Positions 38,015-51,560 of a stretch of DNA of 64,000 bases are shown piece by piece. The notes beneath the pieces were generated by a model. The model was not told the DNA's origin. It was given only the letters and a program-made list of their open reading frames with translations, and ran no database searches. The stretch is from Octopus sinensis (Eukaryota): contig NC_043010.1 of NCBI RefSeq assembly GCF_006345805.1, forward strand, positions 38,626,001-38,690,000, written 5' to 3'. Numbering within the stretch: position 1 is the stretch's first letter; every line of letters begins with the position of its first letter. Both the position numbers and the translations under genes were made by a program.

Positions 38015-38440
38015 TCACACACATACACAGACAAACGAGAGAGCACGCTTATACACACATACTTGTGTGTATAGATACATTAGCACGTACATCTTATAGT
38101 CATAGTACATATATTCAGACATTCGGACATGCAAACATAAATGCGGGCGCACACGCACACATGTAAGCACAGGCACGAGTGCACACGCACACATACACGT
38201 ACGCAACCTCAGCAATATATATATAGACACACGTACACCATTATACTTGCACATTCGCACGGACACATACACATTCACACAAGTACACGGATTACAAATG
38301 GCGATATGCTTTGTCTAGAACGATTTACAGGAGCTGAGCTGATCTGTTAAAATGTTCGTTCATTAGACGAACATTTAAATAGCAGTTGGTCAATATAACT
38401 TAAAGAGAGAAACAGCCAAAATAAGAGAGAGACAGACAGG

Positions 38441-38444
<4 letters not shown>

Positions 38445-38516
<72 letters not shown>

Positions 38517-38520
38517 GAGA
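38445..38520. repeat. (GA)n microsatellite
   Basis: Direct reading. Confidence 0.97.
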
Positions 38521-39002
38521 GCAATGGACGGAAGAGTGTATATGAGAGAGAGAGAAACAGAGAGTGTGGTTGGAATGTGTGAGGAGGTGGGAAGCGAGGT
38601 AGTTAATGACTTCGTAAGGAGATTTCTGATGTCAGAAATGAAATATCAAGCAATATACAGACTTTCATGTCACTCGCTATTTGAGTAAATCTCCTTGAAA
38701 GCTATTATCTCGTCGTCATCGCCGTAATAGTCATCGTCGTGGCCATCGTTGTTAACCGACATCGTTGTTGATGTTTAACCCAACATCAACTGTACTCGGC
38801 GGGATCTATACTCAATGACATTCCCTCCGTGATCAAGCCTTCTTATTTTGTATGTTTTACACGTCACCGGCCAAATTTTCCTTTCTGTTCTTTTAGAGTG
38901 GCAGTTGAAGGGAGGTTTGACTGCTATTTCTAGCCGTAACCAACATTTTGGATTCTCCATACAGTATCTAGGAATACATGTCTAATGTGCTCTTCTTTGT
39001 GC

Positions 39003-39160
39003 AGGAGTGGCTGTGTGGTAAGAAGTTTGTTTCCCAGCCACATAGTTCCGGGTTCAGTCCCACTGCGTGACCTCTTGGGCTGATGGCCTCTTCTATAGAC
39101 ACGAACCGATTGTAAAGCCTTGTGAGTAGATTTGGTGGACGGAAACTGAAAGAAGCTTCA
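39003..39160 (+). mobile_element. SINE family 1, 5' half
   Basis: aggagtggctgtgtggtaagaag...ggaaactgaaagaagc. Confidence 0.8.
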
Positions 39161-39177
39161 CTTATATTCTTTTCTTC

Positions 39178-39371
39178 TTTTTTCACTTGTTTCAGTCATT
39201 TGACTGCGGCCATGGTGGAGCGCCGACTTTACTCGAGCAAATCGATCCCAGCACTTATTCTTTGTAAGCCTAGTACTTATTCTATCTATCTCTCTTGCTG
39301 AACCTCTAAGTTACGTGGCCGTAAACACACCAACATCGGTTGTCAAGCGATGGTGAGGGGGACTAAACATA

Positions 39372-39406
<35 letters not shown>

Positions 39407-39581
39407 ACACACATATATATATATATACGACGGGCTTCTTTCACTTTCCGTCTACCAAATCCACTCACAAGGCTTTGATCGGCCCGAGTCTATAGTAGAA
39501 GACACTTGCCCAAAGTGCCACGCGGTGAGACTGAACTCAGAACCATGTGGTTGGTAAGCAAGCTACTTACCACACAGCCTA
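39178..39581 (-). mobile_element. SINE family 1, full length with internal (CA)/(TA)
   Basis: Complete head, body and tail. Confidence 0.9.
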
Positions 39582-40247
39582 CACACACACAGACACACAC
39601 ACACATACAGATCCGCAATCATGTGCGTGCCTTTGTATATGTGTTTTCTCCCCATCATTGCTTGACAACCTGTGTTGGTTTGTTTACGTCTTCGAAGCTT
39701 AAGCCGTTCTGCAACAGTGATCAGTAGACTAAGTACCAGGGCTTAAAACATGAATACTGATGTTGGTTCATTCGACTAAAAGTCCTTCCGCATGGCTGCA
39801 GTCTAATGACTGCAGTCAAATAATCATGCTCTCCTGTATTTCAAACATACTTTATTTATTGTAGCTAGAAGTACATTATTAAATAATTACGATTCTGTTC
39901 TGCAGAAAGTAATATGATGGGTATTTGACTACTAATTCTAGAAAGCTGTATGACCAGGCAGCTGCTTCCTTGATTGACTCCTGTTGATGTTGTTGTTTGC
40001 TTGCGTTGTTGTTATATTTAGTGGTGGTTTGCTCTGTTGCATTTAAAAACCTGTCCATAAGATAATCAATGACAGCGATTTTAAGAACGAGAATGAAGCA
40101 AAAACACAATTCTTTCACTTTCCATATTTTATTCCCTATTTCAAAATGTATTGAAGAAAAAAATTGCAAGACTTGCAGCTCTTGATTGCTTTAGATTTAA
40201 TTCCATTGCCACAAGGCAGTTTCTTCAAGTTTAACTAAAACGAAATA

Positions 40248-40963
40248 TAACTGCTTGATATTTAATAACGGACATTTTCATTCTTAATTTGAGTCATCAT
40301 CGTCTTAAGATTCATTTTAATTGCTCTTGAAGTTTTAGCTGCTTGATATTTGATACGAGGCGTTTTAATTCTTAATTTGAGTCAACATTTTTTAAGATTC
40401 GTTTGAAACTTCATCAGAGACATGAACACAGCTTTAATAGCTGCAACGCCTTCACCTGCTTCGTTTTTATCCGTTGATTCTTCATTATCCATTTCATGAA
40501 GACCACTTGTACAACACTGAATAAATAAGTGGCTTGAATAACGTAGACATTGCTGATGCTAGGGAAAACTCTTTTTTTTAATTTCGCCATAACTGGTGCA
40601 CTTTTGGCTGTACACCCCAATATGCGTATAACGAAGTCAAGGACGAAACTAATTACCTTTATCCCAATTTCAATGTTTTGGTGCCCTCAAGACTCCCCAA
40701 AGATTTTAATTATCCCAAGAACCAATGGTTCTCTTTGCGACACATATTAATATTCATGTATCTAAAATTTTGGATAGGCGTATTCATCAACATCGGATTT
40801 GAAGAATCAAGTTTTCTAAAATGTGCATTTAATTCAGACTTTTTTTTTTTTTTCATAGAAGCTGTTTAACATTTTTCTGTCATTCTGTCAGATGACTCAA
40901 ATTAAGAATGAAAATGTCCGTTATTAAATATCAAGCAGTTACAACTTTTAGAGCAATTAAAAT
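40248..40963. mobile_element. DNA-transposon-like element with a perfect 51-bp inverted repeat
   Basis: 40248-40298 is the exact reverse complement of 40891-40941. A diverged extra copy lies at 40316-40384. Confidence 0.6.
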
Positions 40964-41394
40964 TGGCAGAACCTTTAGACGGTTAGTAAAAATGGTACGC
41001 GGTATTTGTTCCGACTCTCTGAAATTTGAGTTCAAATCACTCGGTAGTCAACTTTGCCTTCTATCGCCTCGGGGTTCATAAAAAAGTACCAATCCAAGAT
41101 GATAACTTGGCTCTTTGCATTGTTACTTCAAATCCTGTCAAGGCCTATTTTGGTCGTACACTTAACCCGTAACATGGTTGAACGTCGTTACTTGGACCCT
41201 TTGGCGTCTTTAGCAGAGTCCGCTCTTTACAAGTACTCGGGCTTGGTTTCAAGTTTGAGAATACCCTTCTTTCTCTTACCTATCAATAAAAGAGGTCCTG
41301 TAACCAGTAAGAGGTACCGCTTTCCCAACTTCAAGATAACGAACTGTTTAAACGCAGCTTCAAGATACCAAACTATAAAAGATAGCTTTTTTGT

Positions 41395-41590
41395 TGTAAT
41401 AAAGAATGTGTGTAAAATTTGTCGAATTTTGGTGGAAGCCGACTTTGAAAAACATAAAATTATAAGATTTTGTTAAGAACCGATTTAGCAGTAAAGATGT
41501 TAAACACATCATGGAATGCAAGACGAAATGGAACAACCTGGCAAGAACGATAAAAAGTGTTTTGAAATTGAAACAATGTAGCCCTTACGT
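41395..41590 (+). pseudogene. hAT-family transposase fragment
   Basis: KNVCKICRI / KPTLKNIKL*DFVKNRFSSKDVKHIMECKTKWNNL..TIKSVLKLKQC matches the hAT DCKTRWNS..M..RFLKL segment. Confidence 0.65.
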
Positions 41591-42414
41591 ATCAAAAGTA
41601 ATTCGATCCAAGACAACTGTTTGGCCGTTCCCTTCAAAATTTATGACCTTGTGCCAAAATCATTATTAAACACTACACACACATTACATTGAGTATTGTC
41701 ATTATAAAAATACAAACAATAAAACAAGACAAAATACTGCTCGTCCCAAGGATCGAAGAGAGCTGTGCTAAGAAATGCAATCAGAAAAAAAACTAAAATA
41801 CAAAACAAGACTGTTAAAAAGTAATTATTTTCTCTGATTTTTGCATAAAGCCAGCGTTTCTGAGAAGAGATGGGTTAGTCGATACCATCGACCTAAATAC
41901 TTGAGAGATATTTTATTTTATCAGTCCCGCCGAGGGGATTACAGGTGTGTAAGGAATATGTACAGATACATTTTTTCGACATTTTGACTTGTAAAAGAAA
42001 TGTTAACGATAGAAGCTGTAATGGTTAATTTTGGGTAGGGCTTCATAGAACAGAGTACAGTAATTTAGGCCGTTGGAATATTATCGTAGGAATACTATTT
42101 GAGATAGAATATGCTTAAGGTAAAGTACATGGTCCAGTAGAACCATTTTGTTAGGGACGGCAAGGATACTGAAAGTATTACACTAGCACAGAAAAACCAC
42201 ACATTATTTAGAGCTGAAGTGCGGTGGGAAATAGGTGAGTTGGGTTATGGATTTGGGTTAGACTGTAAGGCTTGGATGGCTGTGCATTTGTGTTTGAATC
42301 GCCCTCACTTCATGATTTACAAGAGTTTTATCGAGCCAAGATAGAAAAGACAGGCGAATATAACTCCGTTGAGAGTTGAACGTATATTTTGATAAAGTAA
42401 TTAAATATTGCATG

Positions 42415-42545
42415 ATAGTATGGTTCAGCGTCTGAGGCCACCTTTCTGTCAGGTCTTTGACCCCACACTGACAGAATTTCTTATCTTTCGAGCCGAAGAA
42501 CTTCTTCACTGAATTTTCCATCTCCTCTAGATTGATGAAGCGTCG
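42415..42545 (-). pseudogene. Mariner transposase C-terminal fragment
   Basis: EMENSVKKFFGSKDKKFCQCGVKDLTERWPQTLNH resembles FF.SK...F...GI..LPERW. Confidence 0.72.
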
Positions 42546-44129
42546 AGAACCGAATTAAAATCAGAAAGCAAATATGGTACCAAAATATTGCAAAGATTTT
42601 GACTTAATACAATAATTAGAGCCAAAGACTTGCTCCTAAACCTTTTTCTTGAACAGCTAGATTCCATAACCGTGAACGAGCAGTGCATTGACAGAAAGGT
42701 TGTTGCTTCGAACAAAATAACTAACGGTATTTGTTTGACCGTTTATGTTCTGAATTCTAATCCCACAGAGGATCAACTTTGCTTTTCGTCCTTCTGTTAT
42801 CGTTATGAAATATAGCAGTAGATTCCCACTGAGATTAGTATAATCGATGCTCTCCTTCCCTCGATCAGAGATTTTTGTTCCTTTGTAAGAAATGAATAAT
42901 ATAGTTAATGGTTTTATCATAGGCACAAGGTCAAACATATGAAGTAGATTATAATATTGATATCAACCCCCACCACGGTTTTGGTTGGTTCTCTGCTTTA
43001 TCGTTTTATCGGCTTTGGAAAGACGGGTGGCCAAAGCTGGCGTCTGTTATTTTTGAACCAAGATAATAAAATGAAATGATTAAATACCGGAGGCAAGTAT
43101 TTCATCAAACATTCCACCAAATCATTAACTTCACTGCCCTGATAATACTGATTTCTAAGACTGGAACACAGACAGAAAAGTTAGAGAAGGGTTTAAGCTT
43201 ACCGTGTCAATCCGAGAACTTGTTTCGAACTTATTTTATCGACCCCGCCGGAAGAAAAAAAGTAAAGCTGATATGGAGGGAATTCGAGCACGCTTTGATA
43301 TTATTATTGATAGCAAAAAATAATGATTGACGATGCAACAGATCACGTAACTGAACCGTATTACATTTAATACAACTTGGTAATATATTATGGAAAATAT
43401 TTTATTACTAAACATTAGTAACGCATTACTACCACCATAAGCAAATGTATTCATTACTTTTACCGGTGGAAGACTTTCTCTCTCTTTCTCTCTTTCTGTC
43501 ACTTTAATGTCTTGGTCGACGGACAGAAATATTTTCGCTTTCTGTGACCTGTTATGTCTATAAAATAGATATTTAATTCAGAAATCAAGTGGTTGTCATA
43601 TCATTTCGGAATTAATGATAACGAGATCTAAAATAAAAATATAAAAAATAATAAAAAAAGAATTTTAAAAAATAAATAAAATACGAATGAAAAGAATGTT
43701 AGAAAGATCGTAGATCCTCGGTATGTATCTAAACAGAAATCATGTAATACAATCACACACACACACACACGCTCAAGCACACACGCCGTGCCCGCCATAC
43801 ACATGCGCAGAAACTCTCGATATATATATGTGTGTGTGTGTGTGTATGTGTGTATCTATATATATATATATCTATATATCTATATCTATATATATATATT
43901 AAAAAAATTAACAAAAACAGCAAGAACCTAAAGCCAGACCTTTATTGTATATATACAGAATAGAAATCAGATAGACATGTAATTTAAAAGGTGAAAATAG
44001 TAAATTCAGTAGACTGTAAATGCTACAGGGTATGTGATTTATGCGTGCAGTGTCATAACATCACAAGCGAAAAACTGTAGCAGAAACTATTGCAATGTTA
44101 TCAAGACAGCAGAATCAACTTCTAATGAA

Positions 44130-44146
44130 TAATAACAACAACAATA

Positions 44147-44196
<50 letters not shown>

Positions 44197-44227
44197 AATA
44201 ATAATAGTAGTAGTAGTAGTAGTAGTA

Positions 44228-44275
<48 letters not shown>

Positions 44276-44297
44276 GTAATAGTAACAGTAATAATAA
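44130..44297. repeat. Compound trinucleotide array (AAC)(GAT)n(AGT)n(AAT)n
   Basis: Direct reading. Confidence 0.95.
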
Positions 44298-45151
44298 GGA
44301 TGGAAGTGTCACAAACTTGCAATATAAAAAATCGTTAAATCAAGGTCAAAGATAATACATAATTTTTCAACCATTCGTAGAAATCACCATGTGGCCATTT
44401 ATCAACGTTGTGTGACTATGTCGAACAAAATATAAGTATTCGTAGAAAAGTTTTCTTTTTTTTTTGTTTTTTGTTTTTCATCAACACCGCTTCAAAAATG
44501 TGTTGCTATGGTTAAGTCTGGGACTGGGATAACAATGCATTTAACAAATTATAATTCTTCAAAAGTTAAACGTACAAGAGGTAGTCAGGGTTGTTTTGAA
44601 TGAAGGTAGGAAACATTTACAACTTTGAGAATAAAGAAACAAAGTAATGTGAAGAGCTTGTAACAAGGCAAAGAGAAAATCGATAATTTATTAACTTTTA
44701 CAATGAAATGATTGACAGTGATTTCGAAGTTTCGATTTGCTTGCCTTCATCACACTATGGTTTACTTTGGTTTCTATCTGGCCTTATATATTCTTTGGCA
44801 AGTTGTTTTTGTGGTAGGTAGAGTAATGTGAAGGATAATGATAGTTATATATATTATAGGTGGGCTGGGGAAGTAGCTGTATAGGAAGGGATAAATAGAG
44901 AAGGAAAAAATATGTTTGTAGGATGTATATTGAAAGAACGAAACAGTGAGGAGGTTATTTTGGTTTGATGCGGGAATTTTGTGATAGTTTAGGTTTTAGT
45001 AGACGTTGAATCAAAGGAGTAAACAGATGTATCATATTGAAGTCACGATATTCTTTATATATCGGGTTAGTTATTAGGGTATTGCAGGGTTCACAATAGT
45101 TTAGTAATTCTTAATATTTTCAATAATGAAATAAAAGCAGCGCTACTGTTG

Positions 45152-45502
45152 TAAACAATATCGACCGCACATACTCAATGTGCGTATTCTGTTTGTTCGA
45201 ATCGCTAGTCTATGAGTATCTATAAACAGTGTAAGAACTATTTGCTGATATGCCACCAACGATTGGATTCGTTCCCGGTTTGATTCAGATACGTAATGTT
45301 GACGAGCCACAAAAAAAGCGAAATATCGGCATCCATTAGTCCTCAGTTCAATTAGAGGTGCGTTGTCTTGCTTATCTATGAATTTCAGTGTTTGAACACC
45401 CAGCGTTATGAGAGAGGCGTCGTCAACCAAGCGCCATGCCGCAACGAACAGGCGAAAAACCAAGACACATACATTGAATATGTGCGGTCGATATTCTTTA
45501 TA
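45152..45502. mobile_element. Unclassified MITE-like element with ~33-bp TIRs
   Basis: taaacaatatcgaccgcacatactcaatgt pairs with acattgaatatgtgcggtcgatattcttta. Confidence 0.7.
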
Positions 45503-45611
45503 TTTTGCTTGAATCAAACGTCTAAAGAAAAAAGAATTATCAAAAAATTATTGGCGAACATTAGCCGAACCTAAATTACTTGCAAATACATCAACGCAGT
45601 ACCGATTATAT

Positions 45612-45654
45612 ATACTGTTTCGGCTGGTATACCCTCCAGCCTTCTTCAGGTATC
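45612..45654 (-). ncRNA. Degenerate HHR, same family as 1-43
   Basis: GATAC-CTGAAGA-A-GGCTGG(agggtata)CCAGCC-GAAAC-A-GTAT. Apparently lacks 2 nt of stem III/cleavage triplet. Confidence 0.55.
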
Positions 45655-45701
45655 TTGGGGAAATTTCGAGCCTGGGTTTTCATTCCTAAGGTATTTTTCG
45701 A

Positions 45702-45765
<64 letters not shown>

Positions 45766-45862
45766 CATAATACATACATATGTATTTATATATGTATATA
45801 TACGTGCGTGTATATATATATTTAAATATATCTATCTATATGTACGTATATGTCTCTCTCTA

Positions 45863-45901
<39 letters not shown>

Positions 45902-46408
45902 ATATTTCGGAATGGTCATTTTGCCAGTTTAGCCAATAAAAACACACGCACTATATATTTGGTGTTATTTTGCTTCAGTGTTATTTATTTTATTGGCTAA
46001 AAAGGATACTAAAAAGTACATATAAACTTAGAGAAGGATAACGTCTGAAGAAAACAAGGTCGGATGGTCACTACTGGAATGCCTTTGAGCTGACTTGGGG
46101 GCTAGACAACAACAACAAAAAGAATGCACCAACTGTTAAAAGCCTAATGTCAGACTAGTTCTGCGGGAGCATAAATTATGATGTTTGGGATGAAGAAATA
46201 GGCTATTGCTCTGGAAGGAGCAAGGCATTAGACAAAATGCCTTATTTATAGGTCTTAGTTTCATCCCTCTGTGTTTCGGGTTCAAATTTTACCTGGGATA
46301 ACCTTTGCCTTTAAATCTCTCTAGGGTTTATACCATTCCGAAATATAACAATATCTGTTTCAACACACAACTTCACATAAAAAATCTTGCACAACAAATA
46401 TTTAAACG

Positions 46409-46496
<88 letters not shown>

Positions 46497-46502
46497 ATAT
46501 AT

Positions 46503-46535
<33 letters not shown>

Positions 46536-46536
<1 letters not shown>

Positions 46537-46864
46537 CATTGTATAAAAGGGCTTAGTAAAATAAATTACTTTGCCACATACTGAACTCATTAGAAATAGC
46601 AGCAAAAAAAAGATTTTTTAGCCATTTCTAATACTTAAAGAAAATTTCTCTCAGATAGTGTTTACTCAAAATAATCTTTGCACTTGTGATTTTTTAATGT
46701 TTTTACCCCCATACCTTCGTGGGTTATTTTGAGTAAACACTATCTGAGAGAAATTTTCTTTAAGTATTAGAAATGGCTAAAAAATCTTTTTTTTTGGCTG
46801 CTATTTCTAATGAGTTCAGTATGTGGCAAAGTAATTTATTTTACTAAGCCCTTTTATACAATGT
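46536..46864. repeat. Near-perfect inverted repeat (arms 46536-46674 and 46724-46864, 49-nt spacer)
   Basis: The arms differ essentially only in one homopolymer run. The right arm continues to about 46960 as a repeat related to 48838-49333. Confidence 0.95.
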
Positions 46865-46960
46865 AATATTTTGAATTCGCCTTAAACGGTCCCTTTACAT
46901 ACTGAATACTTGGTGAAATTGATTAATAACTAATTAATTTTACCCTCAATTGTTGAAATT

Positions 46961-46992
<32 letters not shown>

Positions 46993-47390
46993 ATATATAT
47001 ATATTTATATAATATAAACAAAGAGAGAAGGTATAAGATGAATGTATTTAATACACCAGTTGACAGCCATACAACGTCGATCGTTTCGCGGTCTTCATCA
47101 TATAAAAACAATTTATTTTAGCGCATAATGAATTGGATTTATCGGATTTCAACTGCAGCGGTCTATACGTTACAACTCTTTGTTTTGTTTTGGTTTACTG
47201 TGTGGTTTGTAGCTTGATCCATTGAAGGAGCTTTTTTATGAATATCATCGGATTAATGAAATCCATATATCGTGCATTAAATTTACGTATATATCCGTTT
47301 ATGAATTTGTGTTGCAAGATTCCTGATGTGAAACCGTTGCGTTGAAAAAAATATTGAAAAAAAACAAAACAAGATGACCATCCCAAAATC

Positions 47391-47448
<58 letters not shown>

Positions 47449-47882
47449 ATTATATCAGGGATGTGCCGCCTACATAGGCACGATAGGCAGTGCCTATCTT
47501 GCATAAAATAGATAGATAGCAACATTTTCTTTTTATGGCAAAAATATGCATCTCATTCAATAAAATTATGAAAGTTACTCTGATTACTATGCATAAACTG
47601 CGAAATATATTACTTTTTTTGTAGATTAGGTAGGCATAATTCATCCCTACCTTTCAATCTCAATATTTTAGTTATGCGTAGTACTGCTGCAGTACACGTG
47701 CTGCGTACATTCCTACAACACCGTTTTCTTTACTTGCTATAAATGCAGAAATAGATCTTGCATCATCTCACTCTCGCGTCTGTTTCGCCTCTTTTTTGCG
47801 TTTTACTACATAAATGTGATCAACTTCCTACCCTGGGTGATTAATGACGGCACGTGCCGGATACACACACACACACACACAC

Positions 47883-47918
<36 letters not shown>

Positions 47919-47934
47919 GTGTGTGTGTGAGTGT

Positions 47935-48165
47935 GTATCTGTGTGGATATTCGTGTGTGCGCCTTTGTGTTTGTCCCACTCCTTGGCGCTGGTTTGTTTC
48001 TATCTTTGTTATCTAGCTGTTCGGCAAAAGAGATCGATAGAACCAGCACCACACCAACAAGTAAGTACTGGGTCGATTTTTTCGACTAAGTCATCCTAGG
48101 CGGTGCCCTAGCATGGCCGCAGTCCAATGGCAGTCCAACGACTAAAACAAATGAAAGATAAATGA
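47935..48165 (+). mobile_element. SINE family 1, 3' half
   Basis: gttcggcaaaagagatcgatagaa...ggcggtgccctagcatggccgcagtcc. Confidence 0.8.
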
Positions 48166-48664
48166 CAAACGATAAATGATTAATTAATCTACAGTAACAA
48201 ACACCGTGTCATTATCGTTCATATTATTCTGTTTTGAAGCTGTTATCCAGACGTGTTGCGGAAGATGAGAATGAATTGAACAAAAAAATGCAAATTAAAA
48301 ACAAAAGACAAACCAAACAAAAAAAAAAGCGAAGATATCTCAGACCTACAACCGTGCGCTAAAAGATATCGGTTGCATCAAGGCATTAAATGAAATATTT
48401 AATAGTCGTTCGTAATGTCGTTAATATTGCTTGCTTAGCAGCGGCTCGGCTCAGATTGAGCAAGCCATGTATGTGATTTACGCTTTGCAGCAGTACTAAT
48501 AGCTATCACGTTACTCGGATGTTTAGGACTACGTGGTAAAATGCATTCGATCCATTTTTTAAGACTGCAACTCATATTTCGACATAAATCCATTGATGCT
48601 TCTAGTACATAGAGCAGCTACAAAGAGCTCTTTTCATTGTCACTCGTAACATGCCATTTAGGAG

Positions 48665-48765
<101 letters not shown>

Positions 48766-48837
48766 CCTCGTTCTTTCCACTTCTCTTTCCTTCACAAATT
48801 ACTGCATGTATATACTTATATATCTACATATATTTCA

Positions 48838-49333
48838 ATAATAATAAAAAAGGTAAAATTAATTAAGTAATCAATCAATTAATTAATATTTAATAATTTT
48901 ACCAAGTAGTCCGGTACGTTAAAATAACCTTTTTTAGGTAAAATTATACAAATATTCTATAATTATAAACATAATTATAATCAGGGGGCAGCTAATTGCT
49001 TCGTCACGCGCCGAATTTAAAAGTAGGAGTTAAATTCCTTTTCTACTACCATAAAGATCTCCCAGACTGTTACACTTTTTTATGTAGGCAAAAAGAAAAA
49101 ATAACGAATCTACACGACGTGTTTCGAGATTAAAGTAAAGTTATATTTACTTATTTCTCATCTTCAGTACAACATTTTGAAATATAAATTTGAGAGTGTT
49201 AGTATTAAATATTTGTATAATTTTACCTGAAAAGCTTATTTTAACATACCGAACTACTTGGTAAAATTATTAATTATTAATTAATTGATTGATTAATTAA
49301 TTAATTAATTAATTTTACCCTTTTATTATTATT
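48838..49333. mobile_element. Penelope-like fold-back insertion (arms 48838-48956 and 49208-49333) with degenerate HHR at 49111-49170 (minus)
   Basis: The arms are inverted copies. Minus strand reads CTGAAGA-T-GAGA...TCTC-GAAAC-AC-GTC; stem I does not pair. Confidence 0.75.
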
Positions 49334-50114
49334 AAAATTATAATTTACTCCCTGATCGAAAATTGCAGTTTCTGCGGGATTACTCGTCACACACACGTGG
49401 GTATTGAAGATAAATATGTGTTCACATTCGGCTATATATTTTTGGAAGTGTGGTTGAATATCGGTTATGCGATGGCGCTTGATCGCGTACATATTTAATC
49501 CAGCACATACTCATTCTCAGCGTAGATTGGAACTGCGTGAAATGGAAGTCAAGGAATTGAACCTGCGACAATATGATCGTAGGCCGAACACTAATCACCA
49601 CCCCATATTCATACACACGTAAACACACACCACACACAGAGTATCATACTATGAGCAAAAAGATGAGAATTTTTTTTGCGACAGAAGATAGCTATGTAAA
49701 AGAAATTACTTTATTTTTGTTTGTTTCCTCTACAGACTCAGATCTATTTTCGCCAAAATCGCCTGCAGCTAATTATATTGCTGAAAAATAACAAACATAG
49801 AAATGCTAGACTACTATTGAAGAATTTATGCTTTTACTCGAATAGGTAATAGAGATACCATTACGATTAAAAAACGAAACGTCTGTTTTCTATATCACTG
49901 CTAATGCTTTGTTTTTGTTCGTCTGGTAGATTCATTTTAACGCTTCATTTTGTGTCTTAAAACTTCGTAAGAACGAAGAAAGAAATCACAAATAAATTTT
50001 ATAAATAAATTTTGCTCTGTATTTTATAATATCTATATATTTTCAAATTCTTTTGGGGAGTGTAGATTTGTACTTTTAAGTTGAGAATGTATATAGCCTT
50101 ATAACCACGTAAAA

Positions 50115-50151
<37 letters not shown>

Positions 50152-50654
50152 TTTTCTCACTAGTAATATTTTTTGTTATTTCGGAAGAAATATTCTATAT
50201 AAAATATATTAAGTCTAGACTCCTAAACTTTATTTTTCTTTATGCACGATAAAATCACCGAAGATATTAATCGTATATTGAAAAAGGTACAACAAAAATG
50301 TCATTGAGATATCGTTTATTTCTGCTTCTATGAAGAGTGACAAAACAAAAAGAAATGACAAATTTCGCTGAATCTACTCTATAATATCTGAAGCAGACAT
50401 CATGTCAACATCACCGATAGGAAAACAGCCGAACAAATTAAGACAGGAGACGTCGTTGTGACAAATCTATTGTCAACCGATGATAAAAGAACGTTCGATA
50501 TTAATCATATATTTACCAACAACAGATGTCAGCGAACTGAAAGGCAAATTAATTTATAATAGATTTCGTTTGGGAGACATATTAACTACCTTGAAAAGTA
50601 TACATGTACCTTTACTCCTCACTGGATTGGTGACAACTACCCTTTACGCTTTTT

Positions 50655-50990
50655 TTGCTGTTTTTCTTGTTTCAGTCATTTGGGTGCTGCCATTCTGGAG
50701 CACTATCTTGAAGTGTTTACTCCAGCAAATCGACCTCAAAGGTTATTTCCCATTTAAATCTGGTACTTATTCAAATCGATTCTTTTGCTGAACTGCTTAA
50801 ATATAGGGACGTAAACTAGTCAACACCGGTTGCCAAGCGGTCTGAGGACAAACACAAAGGCACGCGCACACATACCACATACTTATAAATGACAGAATTT
50901 TATATAATTTCCGTCTACCCGATTCACTCACGAGGCATAAGTCAGCTCGAGACATTTTCTCCAAGTGACTGCGTGATCGGACAGAACTCA
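50655..50990 (-). mobile_element. SINE family 1, diverged
   Basis: ttgtttcagtcattt...aaatcgacc...caacaccggttgccaagcg...ttccgtctacc. Confidence 0.75.
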
Positions 50991-51342
50991 AAACCAAACT
51001 ACGAGAAATCTCTAAAATTTTATTCCGAGCATTGAAGAACTGACGAATGTCTTAAAGTCAAAGATATAACCCACACATTCTCTCGAATGCGTTGCTTACC
51101 GGTTCGAAAGAGAGTCTGCTTGCATGAAAGTTTAGCAGAATATGTGAAACAAAACGTTATTCATAATAGTCAGTCAACCTTTATAGCGAGAGATTTGTCT
51201 GTCCGACTTGTATAACGTCTGGTTGACGTTATACAAGCAGACGATTAGTTCTAAATCAAATAGAACATAATTTTATCGAAGAGTAACTCTACTGGAAGTT
51301 TCAAAATGACAAAAAGCGAAAACAATATTTGTTAAATTATGA

Positions 51343-51560
51343 GGCAGCAAGCTGGTTGAATCGTTAGCACGCCGGAAAAAATGCTTAGCAGCATTTAGTC
51401 CGTTTTCACGTTCTGAGTTCAAATTCTGCCAATGTCGACTTTGCTTTTCATCTATTCGGGGGGTCTATAAAATAAGAACCAGTTGAACACTGAGATCGAT
51501 GTAATTGACTTACCTCTCCCCAGAAACCACAAGTTTTGTGCCAAAATTTGAAATCAATAG
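51343..51560 (+). mobile_element. SINE family 2, tail 1
   Basis: ggcagcaagctggttgaatcgttagcacgccgg...gagttcaaattctgcc... Confidence 0.82.

Noticed and set aside
50517-50536. Possible 20-nt minus-strand micro-exon (cctttcag|...|gtaaat)
   Set aside because: Too short to support without transcript data.
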